From: Tubulanus polymorphus
Lineage: Eukaryota; Animalia; Nemertea
Assembly: GCF_964204645.1 (NCBI RefSeq)
Contig: NC_134029.1
Span: 21,818,950-21,882,949, forward strand
Direction of reading: 5' to 3'
Length of the DNA: 64,000 nucleotides
A program made the translations under genes and the position numbers. This document shows positions 1-11,214 of this stretch, piece by piece; positions within the stretch are counted from its first letter, which is position 1, and each line of letters opens with the position of its first letter. A model generated the notes under the pieces. The model did not search any database. It had not been told where the DNA came from and worked only from the letters and a program-made list of their open reading frames with translations.

Positions 1-15
1 GTCATTATATTTTAC

Positions 16-117
16 CTACATCTCTTTGAATGTCGAATGGTGACATCGTTTATCAAATCTCTTTGCAGAAAAAAGTCTTAGTGCAATAAAATGAAATCTC
101 TATCAGACTGCGATCTC
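16..117 (-). CDS. Possible first coding exon (MSPFDIQRDV..., ATG at 46) of an unidentified gene running off the left edge
   Basis: Minus-strand acceptor TTTTTATAG (118-126) and donor G|GTAAAA (15). All three frames are blocked upstream, and the ATG follows in-frame TGA TAA. Too short to identify. Confidence 0.3.
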
Positions 118-1159
118 CTATAAAAATCTGCGTTATATATACTTCTCTAACTATACAATCTTGTTATTAGTATTTTCATCTTGTTGATTATTTTGGTGAA
201 GCTTTTTCATTGTCCATTACTCTCCTCTACAAAACGAATAAATTATGAATCTTTTTAATTTACACACATAGCTTTTGGGATGTTTCTTTTTTGCTGTTCT
301 TGGCAATTTTTTTCATTATGAGACTTGGCGACAGGTTATCAATTCGTCGTCGTTGCAGATACCAAAGCACTAACAATTCAATGCTCCTCAACAACAGAAG
401 AATGACGATCCAATCTCGCCTTGGAATTCATGCTGTGGAACGATCGTTCTGACGAGCCTCTAGGGGGAAAAGAATAACGAGGTTGCTAGGTATCTTGTGT
501 TTCGTTGATAGTTATTACTTCTACAAAGATCATTTTTGAAATTTCGACTTATAACCTCGAATTAATTAGACTTTATGTATCGAAATTTCAACTAAGAAAA
601 ACTAATACCATATGGCCACAATGCTCTTCCGTCGAGACAGTAAAAATTTAAAGAATAAAAACATAGCAAAATGTACATTGATTCGTATAATATACACTAT
701 TGGCCAGGCACTCAGTGCACTAAGCCGCGGGAGCTGCAACGATTCGCGCACGTTTTATTTTCTGCGTCTCTTCTCAGTCCCAAATCATTTCTAGCCACGA
801 TTCAAGACAAACAACAAAGAACGAGCTTTATTTTTTGGAACATAACTTCAGACTCAATGACACCAGTAAAACTGGTATTGTCATAAATAGAAGTTCAAAT
901 CATGCTAATACAAACAAACATCAATAGTAATAGCACTTTATATCATCTTTCAGAATCTCCAGACTCATTGAAACCGGTTTCATCACAAATAAGAGGTTTA
1001 AATCATGCTCAATACAAATGAACAACATTACCGAAAAACTAAGAATTGAACTAAGTTTTAGTTTGTTTGCACGAAATCGTTTTAACCCAAAAATTTATCA
1101 TTTTACGCTTTACGCTAATATATATTGGATAACGTCCTAACTCCGCGTTATACTATAAG

Positions 1160-1190
1160 GTTCAAGTTCAAGTTCAAGTTCAAATTTATT
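1160..1190 (-). repeat. (GTTCAA)4 microsatellite; on the minus strand it reads AATAAAT(TTGAAC)4, resembling the 3' tail of a LINE/SINE
   Basis: Read directly. A polyA-signal-like hexamer followed by a short tandem repeat is typical of non-LTR element ends. Confidence 0.55.
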
Positions 1191-1263
1191 TCACAGAAAG
1201 CATGACAGGCTATTTACACAGGTTGAGAGAAAAACAAACAATAAAATTTACAATTTTTAAAAA

Positions 1264-1454
1264 AGGGATTTGCGGTGAAACTGATTTCATCTACCGTAAG
1301 GTGCTGCTGCTATGCTCATCGTTAGCGGAATTTTCATACACTAAGATGAATCTAACCTTGGCACGTAGCTTGATATTAGTGTATGAAAAATCCGCTAGCG
1401 ATAAGTATAGCGGCAGCACCTTACGGTAGGTGAAATCAGTGTCCCGCAATCCCT
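1264..1454. mobile_element. Fold-back/MITE-like element with imperfect inverted arms of about 78 bp
   Basis: Left arm agggatttgcggtgaaactgatttcatctaccgtaaggtgctgctgc...ttttcatacactaa. Right arm ttagtgtatgaaaaatccgc...gcagcaccttacggtaggtgaaatcagtgtcccgcaatccct. Confidence 0.8.
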
Positions 1455-1459
1455 GTGTT

Positions 1460-1560
1460 CCGTTCACCCCAGTACTTTTGGTATTATTGTTGGTCTGAGC
1501 TCTGATACTTGACGGTTTATGCGATGTCTATCATTGTTTCTTAAGTTGGAAACTTAGCTG
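1460..1560 (+). other. Putative 5' UTR exon of ZZZ3 (donor 1561, acceptor 1783)
   Basis: CTG|GTGAGT donor at 1561 and polypyrimidine TTTTCCTTTCTAG acceptor ending at 1783. The 5' boundary is approximate. Confidence 0.55.
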
Positions 1561-2010
1561 GTGAGTTCAACTAACTTTAAATCAGATAACGTTAATCTTT
1601 TGACTTCATGCTTAGAAATTCAAATCTTTTTTATTGACTGCTTTAAAAGTTAACAAAAATTTGAATAAAAGTATCAGCATATGCAGTGTCAATAGGACAA
1701 CACAAAATGTAATTGCAATTAAAACAGTTTTCATTATAAAGTGAGTGAATACTGTCTAATATGATTATATTTTTCCTTTCTAGAATGAAAAGTCCAAAAA
1801 AAGGGCCGTGGCAACTACTGCATATGGTGTCCTGTCATCTACAATGGACATCGGGAATGGATATTATGATTGATGGGTCAACTTTAATTTGAACAGTAAC
1901 AAATTGGATAATCAACCAAAAGTCACAGCAAAAAAAGAACAAAGGGAGAAGACATCCGTGTATAGTTACTAGCATTGATTTTAACGGATAAGATTTTATT
2001 GTTACTTACT

Positions 2011-3414
2011 ATGGATAGTAGAAGAGAAGATGCTAGTAGTACGAGTAGTTCTGATGATCGATTTATAATCGATGGTATAGACTACATGCAACAAGGAAGA
2101 GTTAGTCCAAAAAATGGTGAAAATATTGAAAAAACTGACTGTACAAATGGTGTATATTATTTCGAGACTGATCACTGCGCTCTTCAAGGAAACAAGGATT
2201 ATCAAAAACTCTTGAAAACTCTAGCGATTTTAGAATCGCAGCGGATCAAAGCGTTGACCGATTTGGAGAAATTGATGGACAGCGAGGAAGCCGCGTTGAA
2301 AGAGCCGTTGGTATTCGTACAAAGACTGCAAAACAAAGAGGATTTAGGTTTGCCGAAACCTCTTTTCATTCCAGAAATACCAAAAATTGCGTGGGATGAA
2401 TACACGTATTGCGCTGCAGAGTTTAATATGAGTTTAAGCGGAGTGAAAACTCGCGGAAAACGCGTTAATCTTGACAATTTGAAACCGACAGCGTCAAATT
2501 CTATTTCAAATGATTCTTCTATCGCTGAGAAAGTTCGCGGTCGCGTGAAAGTTGGAGATAAATCGGATACTTTTAATAAGCTATGGACGGTTGATGAACA
2601 AAAACAATTGGAAGACTTATTAGTTCAGTATCCACCTGAAGCAGTCGAAGTGAACCGGTATAAGAAAATTGCTAACGCTCTGGGTAATAGGACCACTCAG
2701 CAGGTCGCAAGTCGAATTCAGAAATACTTCGTGAAACTTCATAATGCCGGTCTTCCAATACCCGGGCGACTTCCCAGTAAATTAACTATATTGCATAATA
2801 CTGCGAAGACCACTCACAAACATCAAAAGCATAATCGTTTTTATTGGAAACCATCAACGTTCATGCAATCATACGATCCTCCTGTTTATATGTCCGATGA
2901 TGATTGCGTTGGGGACGAGGATGATGATAACGATGATGATAGATTTGATGAATCATTTTCTCATATTAAGCCGGCAGTGGTTCTCGATTCGCGGCAAGAA
3001 AACGCATCAGTGTCGGACGATGAAAGCATACCCGTCGAACTGCGTGCATCCGACGAATATACAGAAATAATGCGACTGAAAAAATTGAAAAGAAAGAAAA
3101 TACGCACGGAAACAAGTTCCAATTCACAGCAACTACAGCACATTGGTTACAAATGCGATCGTTGCGATTCTGAACCAATAATCGGTATACGGTGGACTTG
3201 CACGGATTGTCCTTCGGGTTCAACTGTTGACTTGTGTGAAGAATGTATCCACAGTTCATTTGAAACAGTCTCGCACCACGCAACTCATCGCTTCAAAGCT
3301 GTACATAGACCGACACCAGCACTCGCCATCGACATGGATTATACTAAACTGACTCCGAGTGGATACGATTATTTGGACCCGAACTATATGCCTGCTTGTG
3401 AGACTGAACATTGA
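2011..3414 (+). CDS. ZZZ3: ZZ-type zinc finger-containing protein 3 (ATAC complex subunit), single coding exon, about 467 aa
   Basis: Conserved YYFETDHCALQGNKDYQKLL...LESQR block; Myb/SANT domain KLWTVDEQKQLEDLL...LGNRTTQQVASRIQKYF; ZZ finger CDRC...WTCTDC...DLCEEC...H..TH; C-terminal YLDPNY. First true ATG is at 2011. Confidence 0.95.
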   Translation: MDSRREDASSTSSSDDRFIIDGIDYMQQGRVSPKNGENIEKTDCTNGVYYFETDHCALQGNKDYQKLLKTLAILESQRIKALTDLEKLMDSEEAALKEPLVFVQRLQNKEDLGLPKPLFIPEIPKIAWDEYTYCAAEFNMSLSGVKTRGKRVNLDNLKPTASNSISNDSSIAEKVRGRVKVGDKSDTFNKLWTVDEQKQLEDLLVQYPPEAVEVNRYKKIANALGNRTTQQVASRIQKYFVKLHNAGLPIPGRLPSKLTILHNTAKTTHKHQKHNRFYWKPSTFMQSYDPPVYMSDDDCVGDEDDDNDDDRFDESFSHIKPAVVLDSRQENASVSDDESIPVELRASDEYTEIMRLKKLKRKKIRTETSSNSQQLQHIGYKCDRCDSEPIIGIRWTCTDCPSGSTVDLCEECIHSSFETVSHHATHRFKAVHRPTPALAIDMDYTKLTPSGYDYLDPNYMPACETEH

Positions 3415-3914
3415 TCGCGCCGCATAATCTTGTGTTACGTCGAATCCTCAGTAGTTCAAGTCGCTCCGATTACTGTTTCAAATGGAGTAGATCAAACAAC
3501 TTCAACAAATTGAAAGAAATTTTGATATACAAATGTTTTTGAATTTATTCTTTCAAGTAAACCAATTAATCCCATATAAATGGAACAACTAGGAATAAAT
3601 AAAACGATTTAATTTTGACGAAAGGTTTAAAATATCTATTGCTATCAAAATAGTTTTTGTTCCTAAAAATGGTTTTTGGATAGAAAAAATTAAAAGCAAA
3701 TACTCTAGAAGTGTTGGACTTTATTAAGTACATTGTATAGAGGACCGGTATACAGAAGCCTAGAAAAAGTAGGCTGGCCGCGACTTAGTCTTGTTCATCA
3801 AAATAAATAAATACACAAACATAAAGTAAAGTATTATAATACTATTTGGATAGATACACCAAGCCACAAAAATACACCTAAAATTGTACCTTATAAAATA
3901 TACGAATCAAAATA

Positions 3915-4102
3915 CAGTAGAACTCGCTTAATTCAGATGACTATGGACTTCACCCAGATTTCTCCGAAAATCACATGGTGAAAGTAAAATCAGAATTATG
4001 AATAATAAAGTTTACATAATTCCAGGTTAAATCGGACCAAATATTTCATCTGAAATTAATCGAAAATCTGGATAAAAAATCCAAATTGAGCGAGTTCTAC
4101 TG
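3915..4102. mobile_element. Tc1/mariner-pogo (Tigger-like) MITE with TA target-site duplication
   Basis: TA|CAGTAGAACTCGCTTAATT ... AATTGAGCGAGTTCTACTG|TA. A second copy lies at 54616-54775. Confidence 0.85.
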
Positions 4103-4979
4103 TACGCATCATGGAAGACTAACAATTTCATACACATGGTAATAAGTACATAAACATGTAATGCGATATTTTTCCAGGCTTTTTGACTGAAACAAGTTGA
4201 TAAACCACTTGATTTGTGTTGTAGTAATTGAAAAAATATACAATCTCCAGTCTAATCTTTTTTATTTTTTTTTTCACATGTGGAATCTAATAATTCATTG
4301 AATCGGGACTGATATTAAAAATGCAAATCACGCAAGTTTAGGGAGATTTCTAAGGTCTAAGAAAACAAGTAAATCATGATTTTCTAGCAAGAAATAGGAT
4401 TGTGGATACTTAACATTACAAAGAAGAAAACACGATTGCCATGATATCACACATAATCAATATAAATAACACATCTTAAAATAATCAATTTTTCAACACT
4501 AAGAATTATACTATGAAAATAAGATCCCTTTTATCCAATTACAGTAATAATTGTAGAGCTTATAACAATTCTTTTATGCATCACGTCAAATAAACACTAG
4601 ATATTTGGCTAGTGGATCGTAGTCAGTTGATCGAGCATCTAACTACGAAGATTTGTGCTTAGGGTTATAAAATCTAAAATGCGCTAACCCTGGTCTCAAC
4701 TCTTGTCGAGTCACATCTTGGATTTCATCTGTTCCTCATACTGAGACGGAGAATAGCCAAATATAGAATTTTATTTAGCTGAATCAATAGATATGTCCCA
4801 AATATTGTACTTAAATGATATGACATTATTCTTGCATTAGAATATTAAATTAAAACAATATTAACTGTGTCTACTAATTTATCAATGAATTTTGAGGAAG
4901 ACTGTTGACAATATTATAGAAATACGGACCACAAGGCAAAGAAAAATAATTTTGCTCTAAGGGCCTGAATAAGCATTCC

Positions 4980-5155
4980 CAGTATACTCCGATATCAGTG
5001 ATTTATTATTTTGGTGGCAAAGAGAGTACGGCCCTATATCGGGGGGGGGGGGGGGTCTAATTTTGTTTAGTTCCAAGACAAAATACAGATGTACTGCTGT
5101 CTGTCAGAAAAAAACCTGGCATTAGACGGGGTGGCAGTATATCGGGGGTTGACTG
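4980..5155. mobile_element. Degenerate Tigger-like MITE containing a G15 run
   Basis: CAGTATACTCCGATAT ... ATATCGGGGGTTGACTG|TA imperfect TIRs. Confidence 0.5.
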
Positions 5156-5216
5156 TAACAGAATAGTTGTGTTGATCATGTTAAAACTTATAAAGAATCG
5201 TCTGCATTTGCATCGG

Positions 5217-8035
5217 TTATGTTTTGTGGTACATGGCGAGGGCGCCGATAACCAGCACGAACGATATACAGAAATAGGTGTTGAGCTGTAAGTTGAATAT
5301 GATCATGGAGAGAATCGTCGTGACGACCATCGCCGTTGAAATCAAAAACAAGCGAGTGATATTGCTGGCGTGTTTCATTATTGCTGACATTATCAAACCG
5401 GCGAATGTCTGAAAATTAGAAATAAACATTTACACTAAGTTTCAAGATGACAGATCTTTTCATACTGCATATAATTGTGGTAGAGGAGCTGTGTTAACCT
5501 GGTGACAAGTCAGTTAACATGAAGACTGGTAGTACTTCAGTAAACTTGAAGAATACAAGCTATCGCTACTAGTGCATCATCTCAACTCATTTATCTAATA
5601 AAGCTACGAGGCACTATAGCGCAACCTCGTTATAACGAACTCGGATACTATGATTCATCGGATAAAACAAATATAGAATTTCGTCCCAAGTAAAACAATC
5701 TAATTAATTTCATACTGGATAGAACGAACTATCGGTTATAACGAACATATTTTCTAGTCCCGTGAAGTTTGTTGTAACGAGGTTCCACTGTAGAAGCAAA
5801 AACTTGTACTTTCAATAAAAAGCAAATTGAAGTTTTGCCATTATTACTACTTCGATGAGAGTGTTTACTTTATACACACTAACCTGACTTATCACAATCG
5901 CCCACGTATAAATAGAGAATCCTTTTATCAGATTAAACGAACCATCTGAAAAACATTGAATTAAATCATCAGACGTATGAAATTGATTCAATAAACAACA
6001 GTGACACGAACAGTGTGCGTTTACTTACCCTCGGATGATACTACACCAATAAACCACGACGACCCATTCAGCAGTATACCAAAACTATATAATAATGCAT
6101 TCTGAATATGTATTGACATCTGAAAATGGGAGAACATAACATCAGGACAAGATGATAAAAATATATAAATACCTGTAATTTTTTCAAATCAAATTACACG
6201 TCATAGGTGACAATGGTTCTTTGGCTCAGGCTCGAATCTGTTGTCACTGATGTATGCATCAGATGCATGAGACAACTCTGAAATTCCCATTGCATTTTAG
6301 ATATGATGTATCTAGGGCCAACGGCTAAATTTTGTCAGGACAACTTCACAACTAGTCCCTCATTCTAACATTGCACCAAAGTTTCATCAAGATCAATCCA
6401 CTATTAACGAAGCTAAGTAGCTGAAAGACACACATGCAGACAGTACGAAAATAAGGGTCTCGTAACAGAAGCCGGAGAACCAAAAATACTGTTAGTCTAA
6501 CTGAGAATCGTAACAGACTTACCTGATAATGACGCTTCAGGACATATTCACAATAAACTCCCGACATTCCAGATATAAAGCAGTAACCACTTATCATTAT
6601 TAATCCCTGAAGTGTTATATGTACGACACCGGCTGATGAAGTTAGCGGTTTCGCTTGTAAACCACCATAACTGGAAAAGTACGAAACAAGTCAATAATCG
6701 TACATTCAGATGTTAAATAAAACAGACAGATAATACTGGTATGCAAGACAGTTACCTATTACAGATTCCAGCTACAGCCAAAATTCCTAACGATACCCAT
6801 TGTATCGGTGAAATAGGTCTAAAATACACAAAATAATGGCTTACGTAAGCTACAAGTCTACAAAACTTTTTAAATCCATTGCAAATAACAATTTACATTT
6901 ACCAGGTAGAATTTATTTCATGTTCAACTAACCTTTTTATGATTAATCTGTACAAAAAAGCAGTTGACAGGATCTTAAAATTACCGAGCACCTACAAAGT
7001 GGTAAAATGACATTTGATGATATCAACTGGAAAAGGTGAGCTATGACGATGAACGGGTCATTTTCCCCCATTTACATTCCCATGATATAAGACAAAATGT
7101 TACAATTTATTCATTTTAATTCAAATTATATATCCAAATTCCCTATCTTTCAGATTTTTGGCAAAATTTGAACGTAATTGTGGCACGGCCAAAGTTTGGT
7201 CTTTTCTTACATACGTGGCTCTAAATGAACGTATGCTTGCGTAAAGGGGGGGTGGATGGGGTAGTGTGTGCCGTTAGAAAATCAGAATTTCACGCGCACG
7301 TAATAAATGAATGGTGCCTTAGCAGGTTACCTGATACGTTGCGGGATCCATTTGAGTTTGCATGTGGATACCGAGGTTATTGTTGATCAGGTACAAAACA
7401 GCGGGAACAGAAAAAGGCAACGCGTAACGTAAGGTTGGCATCGTAAAGCCGTGTGCTTTAGCCTCTGGAATGAACATGCATATGGAGAGCATCAGCTGAA
7501 ATAAGAAATAAACTTATATAAATTCTATTAACATGATTCGTATATTTCTGCATTCATAGACTGAATAAGAAACACGAGGATCGATTGTAATTGCACGATA
7601 AAAATCATTTGTCAGCGGCTGGCTATACTTGATCTAAATTGACACATGTTTGATATTTCAGGCTAGATACACTGCTTGTTACAGTACTACTTCATGAAAT
7701 GTGAAAACGAAAATTTTTCAAACCGTAAAAATCTTGATACTAACCTTCGAAAATTCTGTTAATAAAACTTGTGACGCTGAACTGAAAGGTATTTTTCCAT
7801 CGACTTCGCACAAATGTACAAGTATCGTATACGAGCCATATAGAATTACCCTGGAAATAAATTCAGCGAGTTTTTTGAAGCATTTTCTTTAGTAGTGGAC
7901 AGAATCAGCGGGGAATTTCAGAATCGTATTTTCTATATCTTACCCGACAAGTAACAGTAGTTTCCATACTAATGGACTGAATGGTTTCACTGGTTCTTTG
8001 ATGAGTTCATTTTGACCTTTCTCCACATCATCTGG
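5217..8035 (-). CDS. SLC35A4: Probable UDP-sugar transporter SLC35A4, spliced. Exons include 8035-7944, 7850-7745, 7495-7331, ~6990-6932, ~6818-6757, ~6670-6523, ~6119-6029, ~5945-5884 and 5408-5217. The N-terminal exon(s) lie upstream.
   Basis: Spliced translation LVWKLLLLVGVILYGSYTILVHLCEVDGKIPFSSASQVLLTEFSK...PFSVPAVLYLINNNLGIHMQTQMDPATYQVLGNFKILSTA...SGVYCEYVLK...GLIMSAIMKHASNITRLF matches SLC35A4 hallmarks (LCxVDGxxPF, MDPxTYQ, MKHxSxITRLF). Splice sites are canonical GT-AG and in phase. Confidence 0.9.
5617..5790. mobile_element. Tigger-like MITE in an SLC35A4 intron
   Basis: TA-TAGCGCAACCTCGTTATAACGAAC ... GTTTGTTGTAACGAGGTTCCACTG|TA. Confidence 0.75.
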
Positions 8036-9327
8036 CTGCAGAAAAATATATTTTCTAATGATCATCATATAACACGGGCACTATCAATCTACAGCCAATC
8101 TAACACTGACAAAAATCTCACAATCTACGATTTTCAGGGTTCAATATTTCTAAATCTACATGTATTTGTAAATCCAGTACCGGTACTGGTTTATCCAACA
8201 CTGCCTGGGTTGAACTATCTGAGTGCCAATCTATATGATCGGCAAAATTATTAAGAACCAAAGCATCATTTAAAATCTGCTATCATGCTTGATTAGGCGC
8301 AGATTTTGCTGCGATTGTGTTATGAATCATTTTATTAAATATTGTGCACGATTAACAATGGAGTGGTCTAAAAGCAACTAAATCAATACTACAAGGTTCA
8401 ATCAATACTCCTCGATAGACCAGCCTTGATAGAGAGCCAGGGCACGAGCCAACAGCTGGTATCTATTGACGACAGCTGCGCTGGGGGTTATTACAGCAAC
8501 AGCTGGTGACAATGGTCAGTACACAAACATCCCGTTTAACTCTTGATGATCATGTCTGATTATCCCATCGCAAATTATCTTCGAAGATCAACTAATGTCG
8601 ATTCGTTTTTCTTTTCATTAGAAATGATAGTAATCAACTGTTGTCCCTGGTTGCATGATAAAACAACCAGTAACTGTACATGCTGATGAGTATCTTGTGG
8701 TCCGATTACGATAATAATTGTGGATAAAATACCCCAATCAGTCGCTTGCCGCTTCGGGCTGTTTGGGCGATTGTTTGAATGAAGCGGAATTGAAATTTCC
8801 CAAAAAATTCTGTAAATTCGACCGCTGATCACGCAACTTAATCTGTACTTCAAAATCAAACCCCCTGTTTCGCTCCCGGCAGGTGTAATCGGTTTGTAAG
8901 GGAAGCCAAATCAAACGAAATCTACCAATCAAAAAAGCAAGAGGGTCAATCCCTAATCTAAGATATGAAAAAATATCACTATTAAGTAAAAGTGATTACA
9001 GATTACAGAACTATTATGATTTAAATAAAAATGATGTTGTTAATAAAATCAACAGGGTTATCATGATTAGGAAAGTAACATAAAATTCAATTTGTTCATG
9101 CACAGCAATAGAATGCAATATAAATACCGGGTATAGAGACAGATTTGAATGCTAACTCAGGCATCCAGTTGATATGGTTTTGATTACTTCGTTGTTGAGA
9201 TCATGCAGATACAACATAACAGGAACAATTATCTTGCATCGAATACGGATTGAAAACTTATGAAACTCAGCGAAAGAATAGAAATCATAGCAAAGCGAAG
9301 CCTGAATGCGAAGATACACAAATTTAC

Positions 9328-9345
9328 CTGTACTTTCGTTTCCAT
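9328..9345 (-). CDS. Candidate alternative first coding exon of SLC35A4 (METKVQ)
   Basis: ATG GAA ACG AAA GTA CAG|GTAAAT, phase 0, in frame with the exon starting at 8035. Confidence 0.4.
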
Positions 9346-9882
9346 AATCCGCGAAAGACTGTAGCTGTAACCAGTAAACAGAGTTTAGACAACTTTTGAT
9401 CGACGACACAAAAGCTGAACGTCTGCTCCTTACAGCACGGTTAGTATTAAAGCATCGATGTGGCATTTCAACGATCAATATAAGCCTACATATGCGACCG
9501 ACTGGTCACATCAGATATATGCAACCGCACACCGCAGTTTAAACAATAACAGTTGCACATGTCACAAAAATATAAAATGCGTTGAATTTTATCTTACACT
9601 TCATAATTTAGTGTACGAGTACAATGACCTATTGTCAGTGTTCTAATGAATGACAATTACACTGATTGGGGGTAGGCAACAGGTTCTGATGACAAGGTAT
9701 TAACATTAAAAGTAGAAAATCTACGGACAAAATTTGTTTAGTTGAACTCATTGTATGAGTTGTTTGTTCAGTTTTTTTTTAATCTGTGGTTATTTTTCAG
9801 CGGACGATACGAGATCGCTTGGATCTACGTATGAAATCATAAATGTATGTGCGCGATCACTGCTGGTAGAAAAAAATCTTAC

Positions 9883-9924
9883 CATAAAAGAAATCTGAGA
9901 TCTCTTTTGAATCATGGCGCACAT
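9883..9924 (-). CDS. Candidate first coding segment of SLC35A4 (MCAMIQKRSQISFM)
   Basis: ATG...ATG|GTAAGA strong donor, phase 0, in frame with the exon starting at 8035. Acceptor near 9980. Confidence 0.5.
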
Positions 9925-10828
9925 GTGTTACAGCAACGGGTGACAGCTTTTCAGCTATGTAGTATAATGAATATACTGCCTGATGTAATATAGAATATCT
10001 GCCCGATTTTAATAAAATGCTATTAGGTTAGGTGCTTTCCAAATGAGCAGAAAAATATGTCAGTACATGGAGATATTTGCAAGGGAAATAAATCGGCTTA
10101 TGCACTGGCTTTTGAAATTGGGTTAAGATCATAAACCTCCGGGCTTTTTAACCACAGTAACATGAACATACTAATGTAGAAATTACTACAAATGATCCCT
10201 AGGACCACGTACAATTCAGAGGCGGACCGAGGGGGTAAATGTGGGGGTCTAGATATTGCCCCTAGAATTTTGAGGTCCTTTATAAATTCCATCTTTGAGA
10301 ATTCTGGACTGAATATCTTCTGAAGAAAAATCAAAATTCAGCTCGAACATTTGGAAAAATATGATATACATGATAGTGTAAGCTTGGAGTAATAAGGCAC
10401 TCAATATCTTGATAACTCAATAAGTGGACACCCCTTTCCTTTGACCCAGGATCCATCCGCCAATGACAATTACTAAGTCTATTAGCTAGGCTACAAATTT
10501 GAGTCAAAAGCAGGAAATAGTAAAAGCCTTGCTTGGTAGAACTAGACAGATAATACTAACCTAAATTTTTCAGACATTTTGAATAAAGTTGTCTCGAGCT
10601 GCCTTTGTAGCCAGGAAAGTATCTTCTAAAATCACTAACTGAAAGAAATATTTGAGAATAAACATCAAAATTGAAATAGCAGATTTAGATTCTGTTAGAC
10701 TAGGTGGCCTATAAAATTTTATCAATGGTATTTTGTGACCTTTTCAATAAAATTCTATAAAAAACTACACCGCAGGCCAGTTGAGTTACGTAAACGGACT
10801 AATTTCACAATCCGTAAACACAGTCTCT

Positions 10829-10944
10829 AGGGCCTTGTTTTATAGACTGGTTTTTAACTTTAACCCGGGGGCTAACTCATTCATTTTCAGTTGAGTTAAC
10901 CCCTGGGTAGGGTTTTTGACACCAGAGTCTATAAAACTGTGCCC
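10829..10944. mobile_element. Small palindromic MITE
   Basis: GGGCCTTGTTTTATAGACTGGT ... ACCAGAGTCTATAAAACTGTGCCC, with an inner inverted repeat (GCTAACTCA/TGAGTTAAC). Confidence 0.6.
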
Positions 10945-10986
10945 TTTTTTGCCTTGTGTTGTGGGGTGGCTTCACTAAACTTTAGC

Positions 10987-11058
10987 TAGTCTAGTACCTA
11001 GCCGTTGTTCCTGAAACAACGTTGTACGGAACCGTAACAACGACTGGTATTCAGACTA
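10987..11058. mobile_element. 72-bp MITE with a 9-bp target-site duplication (Mutator-like)
   Basis: AACTTTAGC|TAGTCTAGTACCTAGCCGTTGTT...AACAACGACTGGTATTCAGACTA|AACTTTAGC. Confidence 0.75.
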
Positions 11059-11202
11059 AACTTTAGCTCGAGTCTTCTCTGTCTCGTCTAGGCCTCTCCC
11101 CTCCCCCTCACTCTAGCCATTTTTGGTGTAAAACGCTGCTCGATATAACATGAGGAACGCATAACAACGACTGCTACAAAATATATATGGTGTTTATTTT
11201 AC

Positions 11203-11214
11203 CTTTTTCTCCAT
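11203..11214 (-). CDS. Candidate upstream exon end of SLC35A4 (MEKK|); either an alternative N-terminus or a uORF start
   Basis: ATG GAG AAA AAG|GTAAAA, phase 0. If joined to exon 10638-10561 it gives a 26-aa uORF. If joined to 8035 it is in frame with the transporter. Confidence 0.4.

Noticed and set aside
5041-5055. G15 homopolymer (also G12 near 12966) as a G-quadruplex or regulatory element
   Set aside because: Lies within repeat-derived or low-complexity sequence, and homopolymer length is assembly-sensitive.
8575-9646. Several 60-108 aa ORFs in SLC35A4 upstream introns
   Set aside because: Mostly non-ATG starts, no domain signal, and composition typical of non-coding DNA.
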